Notes: generated by a model not told the origin, from the sequence alone. A stretch of 64,000 bases of DNA from an uncultured Nitrososphaerales archaeon (GCA_963841565.1 CAWJCY010000006.1:256001-320000), one strand, 5' to 3'; shown: positions 10,862 to 22,045, numbered from the stretch's first letter. Made by a program: numbers and translations.

Positions 10862-13591
10862 TTGGGCAAAAAGGAACTTTCTGCTCTGTTTTCTGCTAAC
10901 CCGGATAAATACTATAAAATAGCACTTTTCGATAAAGTTGGATTTCAGCGGCACAAATGCATTCATTGTGGTAAGTTTTTTTGGTCTCTTGTAGATAGGA
11001 CGGCTTGCCCCGATCATGAGGCTTATGGGTTTCTTGGAAATCCCCCAACAAGCAAGCGTCTAGACTATATTGATGCGTGGAAGGAAGTCGAATCTTTCTT
11101 TGGTTCAAATGGACATACCATAGTAAACAGGTATCCTGTTGTCTGCAGATGGCGCGATGACCTCTATTACACAATAGCCTCTATCGTTGATTTTCAGAGA
11201 GTAGTTGAGAACAAGGTGTTCTTTGAACTCCCTGCCAATCCTTTGGTAGTACCTCAAATGTGCGTTCGGTTCAACGACATAGAGAATGTAGGTCTCAGCG
11301 GTCGCCATTACACAACCTTTTGCATGATAGGACAAACCTGCGACGCAGATGCCGAAGGAGGATATTGGAAGGATCGTTGCATGGATTTAGATTACCAATT
11401 GTTGACGAAAATATTAGGAATTGATCCCACGGCTATTACCTTCGTAGAAGACGTCTGGATGGGGGCAGGTGCTTTTGGGTATTCGCTAGAATATTTTGTC
11501 AATGGGCTTGAACTGGGTAACGCAGTGTTCACCGAATTTGAAGGAAGCGAAAATGAATATCGAACAATGAAACATCGAATTATAGACATGGGGGCAGGAT
11601 TGGAGCGTTTCTCATGGATAACCATGGGCACACCAACCAGTTATGACTGTACATTCGGTCCAGTCATTGATGAGATGATGAGCAAAACTGGAACAATGCG
11701 CGATAAAGAAATACTTGGAAGCTACTTTAGGTTTGTTTCAAATGCGCTAGAGAGAACAGAGGTGGATTTAAGAGCTCTCAAGTCCACCTTTGCGAAGGAA
11801 ATGAAGATCTCATTTGAAGATTTGAATAAGATAGTCAACCCGTTCGAAGCAATGTATACTATCGCAGATCATACGAGGACATTACTCTTTGCCATTAGCG
11901 ATGGTTCTATTCCATCTAATGTAGGAGGTGGCTATAATCTAAGGGTGATTCTTAGAAGGGCATTGGCAATACTAGAAAGATTGGGTTGGAAATTTGACTT
12001 AGCTGAAATAGCCGACATACACATCGGATATCTGAAAAGGATGTACCCAGAATTAGAAGAACACGTAAATGATGTTAGAACCATTTTACAAATTGAGTCT
12101 AATAGATATCTGGGGTCGAAGGAAAGAATGAATTCCATTACCTCGTCAATAAAGGGCAAGAAACAAAGCCTTTCGGTTGATGATCTTATAAGACTGTACG
12201 AGTCAGATGGTATAACGCCTGAATACCTTATAGAATCGGGTGCAATTGAAAGAATTCCCCAAGATTTTTATGCCCGGCTCTCTGAGCTACATGAATCTCA
12301 TCATTCAACACACAATCTTAAGCCAATTACAGGCATTGAAGAATTGCAGCCAACTAGGTTGTTATATTATGAACATGATTTGATGACCGAGTCTGATGCT
12401 AAAATTCTGACCATTGTGGAAAATAAGTACGTTATTCTTGATCAAACTATATTTTATCCTCGAGGTGGAGGTCAGGAGCCTGATACCGGCGATATCGAAG
12501 GGATTAAAGTACTGGACGTAACTAAGCAAAATGAAATTGTAATTCATAAAGTAAGTTCCTCAAAGGGCCTCTTACCCGGAAAAAAGGTTAGAATCCGCAT
12601 AAATCCAAGAAGAAGAGACCTAATTACTAAACACCATACTTCTACGCATATTGTAAATGCGTCTGCTAGAAGTATCCTTGGACCGTGGGTATGGCAAAAT
12701 TCTGCATTCAAGGACGAAGGATATGCGAGACTGGATATTACCCACCACTCGTCACTTACTAGAGAGGAAATCGAAGGAATAGAAAAAGCCGCAAACAAAG
12801 TTGTCAGGCAAAATAGTCCGGTATTAATAAACACATTCGATCGGATTGATGCAGAAAGAAATTACTCCTTTAGAATTTATCAGGGAGGTGTCGTTCCATC
12901 AGGGCAAGTCAGAATTGTAAATATTAAGGATTGGGATATTGAAGCCTGCGGAGGAACTCATGTTAATCGTACTGGTGAAATCGGCTTGATAAAGATTTTC
13001 AGGACTGAAAGAATTCAGGATGGTGTTGTAAGACTAGAATTTGTAGCAGGTGAGGCGGCTATAGACTATGTAGAAAAACAAGAGAATCAGCTTAATACTA
13101 TCTCGCGCGTCTTAGGAGCAAGCAAGGAAAAGGTGGTAGAATCATTGCGTAAATCCGTTGACGACGCAGACGAGACCAAGAGGAAGCTTAGAGCTATTGT
13201 AAGAAAAACTCTTCCCTCTGTTATGAATTCAATTTTCAAAGATGCAAAAGTGATCTCATCTGATGGAATCAAGTTATTTAGCATACACGATGAGGAGCTT
13301 GGTGAAGATTACTATATCTCACTAGGGGAGACAGCGACCCAGAATGATCCATACTTGATTTTTGTCGCACTTATTGGAAAAGGCCAGGGAGTACGTGTCA
13401 TTACATTTGTTGGAGAATTGGCGAGAAAAAGGATCAAGGCGGGCGATTTAGCCCAACGGCTTTCGCTGACCCTCGGCGGATCGGGGGGAGGAAATGATGC
13501 ATTTGGTCAGGGAGGTGGGAAATTTAAGCACAAAATTCGAGAAACGATATCATCGTTAGAAGAGATGATCTCACAAACTATTGGGCGATGA
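10862..13591 (+). CDS. alaS: Alanine--tRNA ligase (archaeal type)
   Basis: RWRDDLY..IASI.DFQ, LELGNAVF, IDMGAGLERF, ADHTR, editing-domain HHTSTH...EACGGTH, GVVRLEF and C-Ala GGSGGG. Confidence 0.97.
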   Translation: MGKKELSALFSANPDKYYKIALFDKVGFQRHKCIHCGKFFWSLVDRTACPDHEAYGFLGNPPTSKRLDYIDAWKEVESFFGSNGHTIVNRYPVVCRWRDDLYYTIASIVDFQRVVENKVFFELPANPLVVPQMCVRFNDIENVGLSGRHYTTFCMIGQTCDADAEGGYWKDRCMDLDYQLLTKILGIDPTAITFVEDVWMGAGAFGYSLEYFVNGLELGNAVFTEFEGSENEYRTMKHRIIDMGAGLERFSWITMGTPTSYDCTFGPVIDEMMSKTGTMRDKEILGSYFRFVSNALERTEVDLRALKSTFAKEMKISFEDLNKIVNPFEAMYTIADHTRTLLFAISDGSIPSNVGGGYNLRVILRRALAILERLGWKFDLAEIADIHIGYLKRMYPELEEHVNDVRTILQIESNRYLGSKERMNSITSSIKGKKQSLSVDDLIRLYESDGITPEYLIESGAIERIPQDFYARLSELHESHHSTHNLKPITGIEELQPTRLLYYEHDLMTESDAKILTIVENKYVILDQTIFYPRGGGQEPDTGDIEGIKVLDVTKQNEIVIHKVSSSKGLLPGKKVRIRINPRRRDLITKHHTSTHIVNASARSILGPWVWQNSAFKDEGYARLDITHHSSLTREEIEGIEKAANKVVRQNSPVLINTFDRIDAERNYSFRIYQGGVVPSGQVRIVNIKDWDIEACGGTHVNRTGEIGLIKIFRTERIQDGVVRLEFVAGEAAIDYVEKQENQLNTISRVLGASKEKVVESLRKSVDDADETKRKLRAIVRKTLPSVMNSIFKDAKVISSDGIKLFSIHDEELGEDYYISLGETATQNDPYLIFVALIGKGQGVRVITFVGELARKRIKAGDLAQRLSLTLGGSGGGNDAFGQGGGKFKHKIRETISSLEEMISQTIGR

Positions 13592-13597
13592 TATGCC

Positions 13598-16500
13598 TTG
13601 CCTGACTCGTACCTACGTACACAAAAGCACGCTGCTAGGCCAGACTGGAATCTAATCGAGAAAAAGTGGAGGCAGATATGGGATGAACAGAAGATATTTG
13701 AATCGAATCCTGATCCTACGAAGCAAAAATATTTAGTAACAGTTGCATATCCATATCCAAATTCCCCTCAACATATAGGACATGGGAGAACGTACACACT
13801 TGCCGATGCTCACGCTCGTTACAAGAGGATGAGAGGATACAATGTTTTATTTCCAATGGGTTTTCACTATACAGGTACTCCCATACTGGCAATGTCTCGT
13901 AGATTGATATCTGGAGATACGGATCTGTATAATACCTTTCTCAATGTATATGGCGTTCCTTCTGATGCTATAGAATCATTTAACGAGCCAGTGAATATAG
14001 CGAGATTTTTCCATCAAGAAATAAAACAAGGGATGAATGAGATGGGATTCTCAATAGATTGGAGGAGGGAATTCACTACCATCGACGAAACATTTTCCAA
14101 ATTTATCTCATGGCAGTTTAACCTTCTCAAGAGAAAAGGCCTCATAATTCAAGGGTCTCATCCAGTTGGGTGGTGTCCTAGAGATCAGAATCCAGTTAGC
14201 CAGCATGATACATTAGGAGACATAGAGCCTAATTTCATTGAATATACGTTAGTAAAGTTCCACCTAGGTGACACATATGTACTACCAGTGGCTACACTAA
14301 GGCCTGAGACGGTTTATGGTGTTACCAATCTATGGGTTAACCCTCACGTAAAGTACGTAGTCGCACGTGTGGGAAAAGATAACGAACCAATGTGGATTAT
14401 CAGTCGTGATGCAGTAAAGAAACTAGAACATCAAGGTCATAAGGTAGACATCGATCACGAAATAGATGGCATGGAGTTAGTAGGTAAGTATGTGAGTAAT
14501 CCTATTACACAAAGCAGACTTCCCATATATCCTGCGTCCTTCGTAGATCCTAAAGATGGTAGCGGGTTGGTTATGTCTGTGCCAGCCCACGCTCCTTATG
14601 ATTATCAGGCACTACTAGATTTCAAAAATGGCAATTTCTCCATGGAAATGCATATTTCTGACATAGTCAAACCAATAACAATTATCGAATCCGAAGGGAA
14701 TGAAGGTGACAACATAGTCCCTTCTCAGATCATAATTGAAAGGTTAGGTGTAAAGGATCAACACGATTCTCTTTTGGAAAAAGCTACTACAGAGCTGTAT
14801 TCTCATGAATTCTATAAGGGGAGGATGAAAGAAAATACTGGAAAGTATGCGGGGATGACAGTTTCAGAAGCAAAGGACCTTATTAGATCCGAACTATTGC
14901 AGAACGGAATTGGCGAAATCCTATATGAATTTGTCAATAAATCAGTCAAGTGCAGGTGTGGTGAAGAATGTGTAGTAAAGGTACTAAATGATCAGTGGTT
15001 TCTTAATTATAGTAATGTTCAATGGAAAGATCTTGCTCATCAATGCATTAATGGAATGGATATCGTTCCTGATGAAATAAGATCTGAATTCAATTATGTA
15101 GTGGACTGGTTGAAGGAGAGAGCATGTGCAAGGAAGTCAGGTTTAGGGACTCGATTGCCTTGGGACCAAGATTGGATCATAGAAAGTCTATCTGATTCAG
15201 TCATCTACACTGCATACTACATTATTTCAAGATATTTTAAATATGGGACCAAAAATAAAATTACTGCGGAAAATTTAACAGATTCCCTTTTTGACTATAT
15301 ATTTTTGGGGGAAGGTTCTCTTAAAGAAATTTCAGAAGAGTCTAAACTTTCTGAGGAGCTCATATGCGATATGAGAACAGAGTTTACTTACTTTTATCCC
15401 GTTGATACACGACATTCCGGAAGGGATCTGGTCCCTAATCATCTCACCTTCTTTGTCTTTAATCACGTAGCTATATTTGATAGGGCCAATTGGCCTAGAC
15501 AAATTGTAGTAAATGGTTCAGTGCTTATGGACGGTAAAAAGATGTCTAAATCCTTTGGAAATATTATTCCCCTACGACAAGCCGTAAAAGACCATAGCGC
15601 GGACACAATTCGAGTGGCATTATTGAGTTCTGCTGAACTACTTCAAGATGCAGATTTCTCATTCGAGGCACTTCGTGGTATTCGATCGAGGTTGGATGAT
15701 ATATACCAAATGGGGATACTTCTTTCTAGTTCAAAAACTAATAGCATATCGTCGCTAAAGCAGTTTTATGATAATCATAGCGTTACCGAGTCTGAGGATA
15801 GATGGATCTTGAGTATGATACAAAGAAGGATAAGAGATACTACAGAATTAATGGATCGACTCCGCGTGAGGGAGGTGCTACATACCATATTGTACTCGAT
15901 GGAGCAGGATCTTCAATGGTATAACAAACGGGTCAAATCTAAGGGCAGAAACGAGACGTTAGTGACTACAATACTGACAGTGTTTCTCGAGACGAGAATC
16001 AAATTGCTCGCGCCTTTTGCTCCTTTTTTGGCTGACGAAGTTTGGAGTAGCATCGTCGGAGATGCCACTGAAATTAGCGCAAATTTAGTTTGGCCGAGTT
16101 CAAGGGAGGAAAGCATCGATCCCACTGCTGAAGAAACTGAAGATCTAATCAAGAATCTTATACAAGATATACAAAATATCCTGAAGGTCACAAAAATAAA
16201 ACCCGCTCATATTAATATATACACATCGGCAAGCTGGAAGTGGAAAGTGTATCAAAAAATACTTGAGCTAATTATCGCGAATCGTAATTCAAGCTTGAGT
16301 GATGTGATGAAAGCATTAGGTGATGATTCAGAAATATCTCAAGCCAGATCAGATATTAAATTGATAAAGAAAATTATGGAGGATATTCTTTCCATTACAG
16401 TTGAGCGGCGTTCGCTTAAATTAAATACTAAGAAGTTAGACGAACTAAGGACAATGGAAGACGCGGCATCACTGATTTCAAAGGAACTGGGAGACGAGAA

Positions 16501-16609
16501 TATTGAAATTTCTGTGTTTAGTGAAGATGACGAGGATACAAAGAAAAAAGATCCACAATCAAAAGCGGGATTCTCTCGTCCATTTAAGCCTGCTATATAT
16601 TTAATTTGA
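13598..16609 (+). CDS. leuS: Leucine--tRNA ligase (archaeal type)
   Basis: AYPYPNSPQHIGH, ATLRPET, VMSVPAHAPYDY, GRDLVPNHL and KMSKS motifs. Confidence 0.97.
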   Translation: MPDSYLRTQKHAARPDWNLIEKKWRQIWDEQKIFESNPDPTKQKYLVTVAYPYPNSPQHIGHGRTYTLADAHARYKRMRGYNVLFPMGFHYTGTPILAMSRRLISGDTDLYNTFLNVYGVPSDAIESFNEPVNIARFFHQEIKQGMNEMGFSIDWRREFTTIDETFSKFISWQFNLLKRKGLIIQGSHPVGWCPRDQNPVSQHDTLGDIEPNFIEYTLVKFHLGDTYVLPVATLRPETVYGVTNLWVNPHVKYVVARVGKDNEPMWIISRDAVKKLEHQGHKVDIDHEIDGMELVGKYVSNPITQSRLPIYPASFVDPKDGSGLVMSVPAHAPYDYQALLDFKNGNFSMEMHISDIVKPITIIESEGNEGDNIVPSQIIIERLGVKDQHDSLLEKATTELYSHEFYKGRMKENTGKYAGMTVSEAKDLIRSELLQNGIGEILYEFVNKSVKCRCGEECVVKVLNDQWFLNYSNVQWKDLAHQCINGMDIVPDEIRSEFNYVVDWLKERACARKSGLGTRLPWDQDWIIESLSDSVIYTAYYIISRYFKYGTKNKITAENLTDSLFDYIFLGEGSLKEISEESKLSEELICDMRTEFTYFYPVDTRHSGRDLVPNHLTFFVFNHVAIFDRANWPRQIVVNGSVLMDGKKMSKSFGNIIPLRQAVKDHSADTIRVALLSSAELLQDADFSFEALRGIRSRLDDIYQMGILLSSSKTNSISSLKQFYDNHSVTESEDRWILSMIQRRIRDTTELMDRLRVREVLHTILYSMEQDLQWYNKRVKSKGRNETLVTTILTVFLETRIKLLAPFAPFLADEVWSSIVGDATEISANLVWPSSREESIDPTAEETEDLIKNLIQDIQNILKVTKIKPAHINIYTSASWKWKVYQKILELIIANRNSSLSDVMKALGDDSEISQARSDIKLIKKIMEDILSITVERRSLKLNTKKLDELRTMEDAASLISKELGDENIEISVFSEDDEDTKKKDPQSKAGFSRPFKPAIYLI

Positions 16610-16641
16610 TGCCTTGTTTAGTAATTAACCTTTTTAGTACC

Positions 16642-16878
16642 TCATTTTCTCATCTTTCTAGAAACTATAGCAGTGGCGAAATACAACACAAACCCAGCTA
16701 TAACAAGAAAAAGGCCATAGAGCGAAATGGCACCACGATCATAATAGGTTCCTATTCCTACAGTAAGTGCTCCGACAACAAGTAACGCTACACCTAGTCT
16801 TGTGAATGAAGACATTCGGGGTTTTTTATTATAATCAGGTTTTTTATTATAATCAGGTTTTTTATTATAATCAGGCAT
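16642..16878 (-). CDS. Small two-TM membrane protein (true start may be ATG at 16815)
   Basis: Two hydrophobic helices; N-terminal (PDYNKK)x3 arises from a tandem repeat. Confidence 0.7.
   Translation of the reverse strand: MPDYNKKPDYNKKPDYNKKPRMSSFTRLGVALLVVGALTVGIGTYYDRGAISLYGLFLVIAGFVLYFATAIVSRKMRK
16820..16875. repeat. Perfect 18-bp tandem repeat x3
   Basis: GGTTTTTTATTATAATCA starting at 16820, 16838 and 16856. Confidence 0.95.
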
Positions 16879-17074
16879 CTTGTATAGTTCGACCTACTCC
16901 TTCATTAACTAAAAACTTAGGCATGTAAAAACTTGTCCCAAATTCTCTAATACTCAACCTGAAGTCTGCTAAAGAATTCTGTCGAAGATCTTTACTTAGA
17001 CGTTAGGATAAATAAAGACACATTAAAAAGTGAAGGGGAGGAGAATTACGACATTTCTCAATAAAACTATCAGA

Positions 17075-17734
17075 CTAGTAAATTGAGCTTTCAGTCCTTG
17101 ATTCTGGACCCTGAGTTGGGAGGTCGGGAAATTTATCCCTAGTATTTTCTTCAACTACTGCAGTAGCTTCCTCAATAATTTTTATTGCTTCATCGTCCAA
17201 GCTTAGAGTACCGCTTGATATTTCAGGCGAAGGTATCTGACCAGTGCCTGACATTATGTTACCCAATAGATCAGATATTTGACCAAAAGATTGATCTGCA
17301 TGTGGCATCATCGAAGAAAGCCCTCCTTGGATCCCCTTTATAACTGACATCGCTGGGCTAAGTGTAATCACGACATCTCCTAGTTCAGTCATCGTGTTGA
17401 GCCGTAATTGAATCTGTTCCAAAGCCAACTTAGCAGAATTGACCATCTTGTTCATCCTTCTGATTTGAGAAAGCTCATTCGATAACAATTTTGCATAACG
17501 ACTATCATGATTCTGCATTGCAGTCACTATCCTGCCGAAAATGAGTTTATCTTTTTCCTGCATTTTGGTTGATATGGTTTCAAGCTTCGTAACCTGCATC
17601 TGCAATTTGCTTCTAGCTTCCTCTATACGCGGCTTCAATGGAGCCTGTGGTTTTACACCTTCAAGTATCTTATTTCTTACGGATTCGCCTACGCTATCCC
17701 CTTGCTGTTTATTCCATTTATTGCCAAACGACAT
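17075..17734 (-). CDS. cdvB: ESCRT-III / CdvB-family (Snf7) protein
   Basis: PLKPRIEEA...KLALEQIQLRLNT..ELGDVV..LSPAMSVIK core and ILEEA..V.E.....FPDLP-type C-terminus; paralog identity uncertain. Confidence 0.85.
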   Translation of the reverse strand: MSFGNKWNKQQGDSVGESVRNKILEGVKPQAPLKPRIEEARSKLQMQVTKLETISTKMQEKDKLIFGRIVTAMQNHDSRYAKLLSNELSQIRRMNKMVNSAKLALEQIQLRLNTMTELGDVVITLSPAMSVIKGIQGGLSSMMPHADQSFGQISDLLGNIMSGTGQIPSPEISSGTLSLDDEAIKIIEEATAVVEENTRDKFPDLPTQGPESRTESSIY

Positions 17735-18189
17735 GATAACAACGTTACAGTTTTGGTTTTGATTATTCTTAATGCATATTAAAAAAAATTGTTAAGGAGC
17801 TTTAATAAATTAGAATCAGTAGAGTTAATGAATTCGGTTCTCTACGATATTTATTATGGCTAGATCGTTTATACATAAGTTCTGACTTTCGTTGCTTTTC
17901 AACTGAACAGTCAAGTACGAACCCATGAAGGAAGTAATAACCAGGTGAATCTTCTCATAAGGGGCTTTAAAATGTAAAGAGCATAATTATAACGTTATAA
18001 TTGTCAAGAAAGAATCTTCAGTCAGAGATTGTTCGGAAATTATGTCGTACCAAGTAGATAGACAAAGGAAGCAGTACGCAAAGGGAACCTCACCAAGGCA
18101 AACTTTGCTGCAGCTCAAGAAAATTATTGCAGAATATTGGCGAAGGATCCAAAGAATAGGCGCCCCATCTAAATAGTTCGTGTTTTGGG

Positions 18190-18429
18190 TTATATTCCCA
18201 TTAACCAGGCTTTGTAGACCGCCGCTCCAGCGTCTGCAATCTTTGTAATCAATTCAGGATTTTCTTTAAATGTGTTTTTGACTTTGGTAAAGAAGGACTG
18301 TGTATTTTCAGGAGAATTAGTAATACTGTCTTTAAAATCGTTGACCAAAGATTTTGCTGCATCTTTGTCCTGTATGTTGGAGTTGTCAATATCTTGAAAG
18401 ACCTTATCGAAATTAGCACGCGCCGTCTG
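18190..18429 (-). pseudogene. Start-less 3' fragment of a helical protein gene
   Basis: 79 open codons QTARANFDKVFQDIDNSNIQDKDAAKSLVNDFKDSI...KIADAGAAVYKAWLMGI* preceded directly by an in-frame TGA. Confidence 0.5.
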
Positions 18430-18482
18430 TCAGTTACTAATAGTGTAAAAGCAATATAAGTCTTGCACTTTTCTTATAAAAT

Positions 18483-18611
18483 ATATATACATAGATATGT
18501 ATATATGAAATATAACTGCTATTACTTGAAAAATGACTGCTATTATTTTTCAGGAATAACTACTATTATTTTTCAGGAATAACTGCTATTATTTGAAAAA
18601 TGACTGCTATT
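18483..18611. repeat. AT-rich palindrome followed by five iteron-like direct repeats
   Basis: ATATATACATA-GA-TATGTATATAT (18483-18506), then ATRACTRCTATT at 18512, 18533, 18556, 18579 and 18600 (spacing 21/23/23/21). Confidence 0.9.
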
Positions 18612-19832
18612 GATTGTTAATTCAGAATACCCAAATAACATGATCAGGATAATGGGGGGGACTGTATGCGTATTCGCTCGCGTACCAGAAGCTATTTTAC
18701 CAGAAGATACTGGAATTATCCTAGCCAAATTTGTCTAGCAAGTGGTTATCACCGAACTTGACAAATTGTCAGGGTAGGTTGAATATACTGGCATTCTGTT
18801 GGTATTTAACCAACAATCAATAATCATATGTTGTGCGATCAATGGCAAGATTTTGTTAGCACGATGCCAACAGAATTAATAATTAATGATTAGCTGAAGT
18901 AGGTATAGGTACGTATCGGGCAGAGTCCAAATTGAAATAATATAAGAACGATAGTGTGAAGTGGGTTAGAAGCGCTTGGGGGGTTGAATGTTCCCCTAAG
19001 TGGTTAACAATTGATTTGGAACTAAGTCAACTAACCCACTACTATTAGTTCAGGTAGGTCTATATCATCGTGTCCATATCCGTTGTCCTGCATAACCAAA
19101 ACGGCAGTTTCTTCTGAAACGGCGTAAAGTTCTACAAGACAATGACAAGTTCTCCCTAGAGAACATGATAAGATAATCTTCTACTTCAAGTGCTATTTGA
19201 GGCATAATAAGATTATAAGTTGATCTGAAAAGAGAATATCTATCGCTAATCTCGCATATAAATCTGGCAATACTCACATTTTTTATCTAGATTGATTACT
19301 CTTCCTTCCTCGGTGACATGATCATTTAGGTGAGACCTAGCTTTTTCGATATTTTTTTTAATACTAGAAATAGTCTTTTCGGATACGTTACCAATACTAA
19401 TATTCCTGATTATGCTAGTATGCAATGTTCTAGCATATACGAGAATTGTAAATACATTATAGCTTTTAAAATAAGACAATGATGTCAACATTCTTCTAGC
19501 AACGATATATGGGAAGTATAGGATCAAAGTTCCCTGTAGAGTACCTTTAGTCCCGTCATAGAATGATCTTTGTATTCACAGAAACAGCAAGTGTGATGTG
19601 ATACGTAGCTGACCTTTCTTGATATGCTAGAATTCGCTGCTGTCATTTTTATAACTAATAACCAAGTCTATTAACTAGTTTTTGAAGCCATGCATAGTTT
19701 CTTATAATTGGTAAAGAAGAGATCTCAGATGTGGTTGGGATCAACATTCGAGATGCTCGAACAAGCTGCATACATTTCTACCATCAAAATGTTAGGGGGA
19801 TAAGGATTCGTTAAACCATAAATCCATCCACG

Positions 19833-20258
19833 CTACATAAAATAATGGATTCTTTCATGCACAGTTCTTTCCTCTATGCTTTTAAAGAATGTCCCACAGT
19901 GACTACAAATGTACATACCAAACTGTTCAACGTCACCCTGTTTTAGTATTGTTAGAGTATCGGCGGACTCGGTATCTTCAGCTACCATGTACTCATCATA
20001 ATTGTTTCGTAGTATATTTTCTACGAAGAGTTTGAAATCCTTTAATGAACCATTGACCCACCGAACAGTGTATAGTTGGTCAGTATCATCTGCGAAACCA
20101 ACTATTTTATTTTCATTTCTGTCTGAGATCATTGAATTCGACTTGGTTTCAGTAATGCCAATCAAATTATCTTGAGAACCTAACTCTGTTTTGATACTCG
20201 CTATGATTGATGATCTTAATTCAAAAGGTAAATAGGAAAGATTTAACTTAATATTCAA
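19833..20258 (-). CDS. Hypothetical protein with C-terminal C2H2 zinc finger
   Basis: YICSHCGTFFKSIEERTVHERIH fits C-x2-C-x12-H-x3-H. Confidence 0.75.
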   Translation of the reverse strand: MNIKLNLSYLPFELRSSIIASIKTELGSQDNLIGITETKSNSMISDRNENKIVGFADDTDQLYTVRWVNGSLKDFKLFVENILRNNYDEYMVAEDTESADTLTILKQGDVEQFGMYICSHCGTFFKSIEERTVHERIHYFM

Positions 20259-20526
20259 ATTTTCTCAGCAGATATCAAGTTTGAGAATTGTGAATCAATC
20301 AACAATGGCTGGGAACGTTCGGATCGGAGTCTAAGAGAGATTACGAACAACAGATGTGACGCTTTGCAAATTGAAAAAAATGGCTGGTAACTATCTGCAT
20401 GTACCTGGAGTGGAAATCCGAGACGTGTGATTGCAAGCGTGCTTAATTGATATGACGTGGAAAGGATCATTTTAACGATTCATTGTTTGAATATTGAAAA
20501 AATTGTGACTAGAACAGATTCCAACT

Positions 20527-21090
20527 CTATGAAACATTAACATCGAAGTGATAGTCTAACGGCTCTACTAAATCTGTCTTGTCATTGTCTATCGTACTTA
20601 ACTCCAAATTTATATTATATGTACCACTTTGATTGAATACAGGGCCGCTAATCGTCATAGGAGATCCTGGATCTGCTATCCATGCGTTTGTAAGCACATC
20701 TTGGTTTCCCCCGATAGTGTGACTTGATGAACTTCCTCCTTTATCTTTGAACATCAATCTGACTTCGCCGGTATGATCGTGAAAGAAGTCAGACAATAAG
20801 TGTTTTCCATCCTTGGAAATATCCATTCTGAAGGTCACATGTTGAATATTTTCGTTTTTTCCTTCATCTAGGAATCCAATCGTCATTAGAACGTTGTCAC
20901 CTTGAGTAATATTCACCGGTTCTGTTTGCATATCTAATACCAGCTTTCTGTCTCCAATCGCTGCTGCTGGAGGTGGTGCACCGTGATGTTGAGCATTAAC
21001 TTCTTGATGGGATGGAGGATAGCCTATAACAGTGCCTCCAATGATAACGAAGGATGCAAAGATAATGAGACACATCCTGTATCTCGTCAT
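20527..21090 (-). CDS. Secreted/membrane-anchored beta-sandwich protein with His motifs
   Basis: Signal/TM segment, then QHHG, QHVTF and FHDH, with a GPVF..SGTYNI Ig-like end. Confidence 0.7.
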   Translation of the reverse strand: MTRYRMCLIIFASFVIIGGTVIGYPPSHQEVNAQHHGAPPPAAAIGDRKLVLDMQTEPVNITQGDNVLMTIGFLDEGKNENIQHVTFRMDISKDGKHLLSDFFHDHTGEVRLMFKDKGGSSSSHTIGGNQDVLTNAWIADPGSPMTISGPVFNQSGTYNINLELSTIDNDKTDLVEPLDYHFDVNVS

Positions 21091-21313
21091 GACAACCTTC
21101 GTTATAGTCTGCTAGAATATGAATTTAATCGGTATGTCCATTCATGCGCCAACAAATCAAGAGGGATGATATAGGTCAGCATCAATTTAAACGCTCAATA
21201 ATTGAGATGTCCCAGCCAATCTTACCAATAAAAGATTTTTCTAAGTAGGTTCTTGGTAATCTTTCGGCATAGATCGGAGAGCAGAGGGTGTTCCGCCTAC
21301 ATAAAAAATCATA

Positions 21314-22045
21314 TTACCTGCGCTCTTTAATCCTTCCTCTCCCAGTCTTCCTTGGGGCAATGTTTCCAACTTTTCTTCCCGGAGGCGTTGTTCTACCTAC
21401 TGAAGATTGACGTCCAATGTGCTGATGTCTGCCACCTCCATGTGGGTGATATACAGCTGCTTGAGCGATTCCCCTAACCTTGGGATAAAGCTTTCCACGT
21501 GAGTGCATATACCTTTCTTTGTTGCCAGCTTTCAGAAATGGTTTCTCTCTCCTTCCCCCTCCTGAGATCGCCCCTATCATAGCTCTGCATCTACGGTTTA
21601 GCATAGAAAACTTGCCTGAGGGAAATTTGATAGTAACGCCTTCCATGCCATGAGAAAACACTATAGCCGACGAACCAGCAGACTTTATCAACTTTCCTCC
21701 ATCACCAACATTCTTTTCAATATTGCATATTATGGTTCCATCTGGGATGGACTCTAGAGGAAGTATGTTTCTCGCAGTTGCACTAGCTCCTCGTCCCATT
21801 TCAATATTATCTCCGACTTTCGATCCATCGGAAGCAGGGATATAGGAATTAATACCATTTTCAAAACGCACTTTGGCTAATGGGGCATCCCTTCCCTTCT
21901 CATGAACCAAATCAACAATTACTCCAGAATGATTTTCTTCCAAATTATAATATGGATACTTTGCAGGAGCTATCTTGCCTACTATAATCGCTCTAAATTG
22001 TTTTCCTCCTCTTCCTCTTCTTCGGACTAAGGTTCTCTTCCCCAA
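21314..22045 (-). CDS. rpl2: 50S ribosomal protein L2
   Basis: MGKR..VRRRGRGG, GRDAPLA, GDGGKL and PKVRG.A.....HPHGGG motifs. Confidence 0.97.
   Translation of the reverse strand: MGKRTLVRRRGRGGKQFRAIIVGKIAPAKYPYYNLEENHSGVIVDLVHEKGRDAPLAKVRFENGINSYIPASDGSKVGDNIEMGRGASATARNILPLESIPDGTIICNIEKNVGDGGKLIKSAGSSAIVFSHGMEGVTIKFPSGKFSMLNRRCRAMIGAISGGGRREKPFLKAGNKERYMHSRGKLYPKVRGIAQAAVYHPHGGGRHQHIGRQSSVGRTTPPGRKVGNIAPRKTGRGRIKERR

Noticed and set aside
18512-18611. Possible CRISPR array
   Set aside because: Units are contiguous with a 21-23 bp period, have no unique spacers, and no cas genes are present
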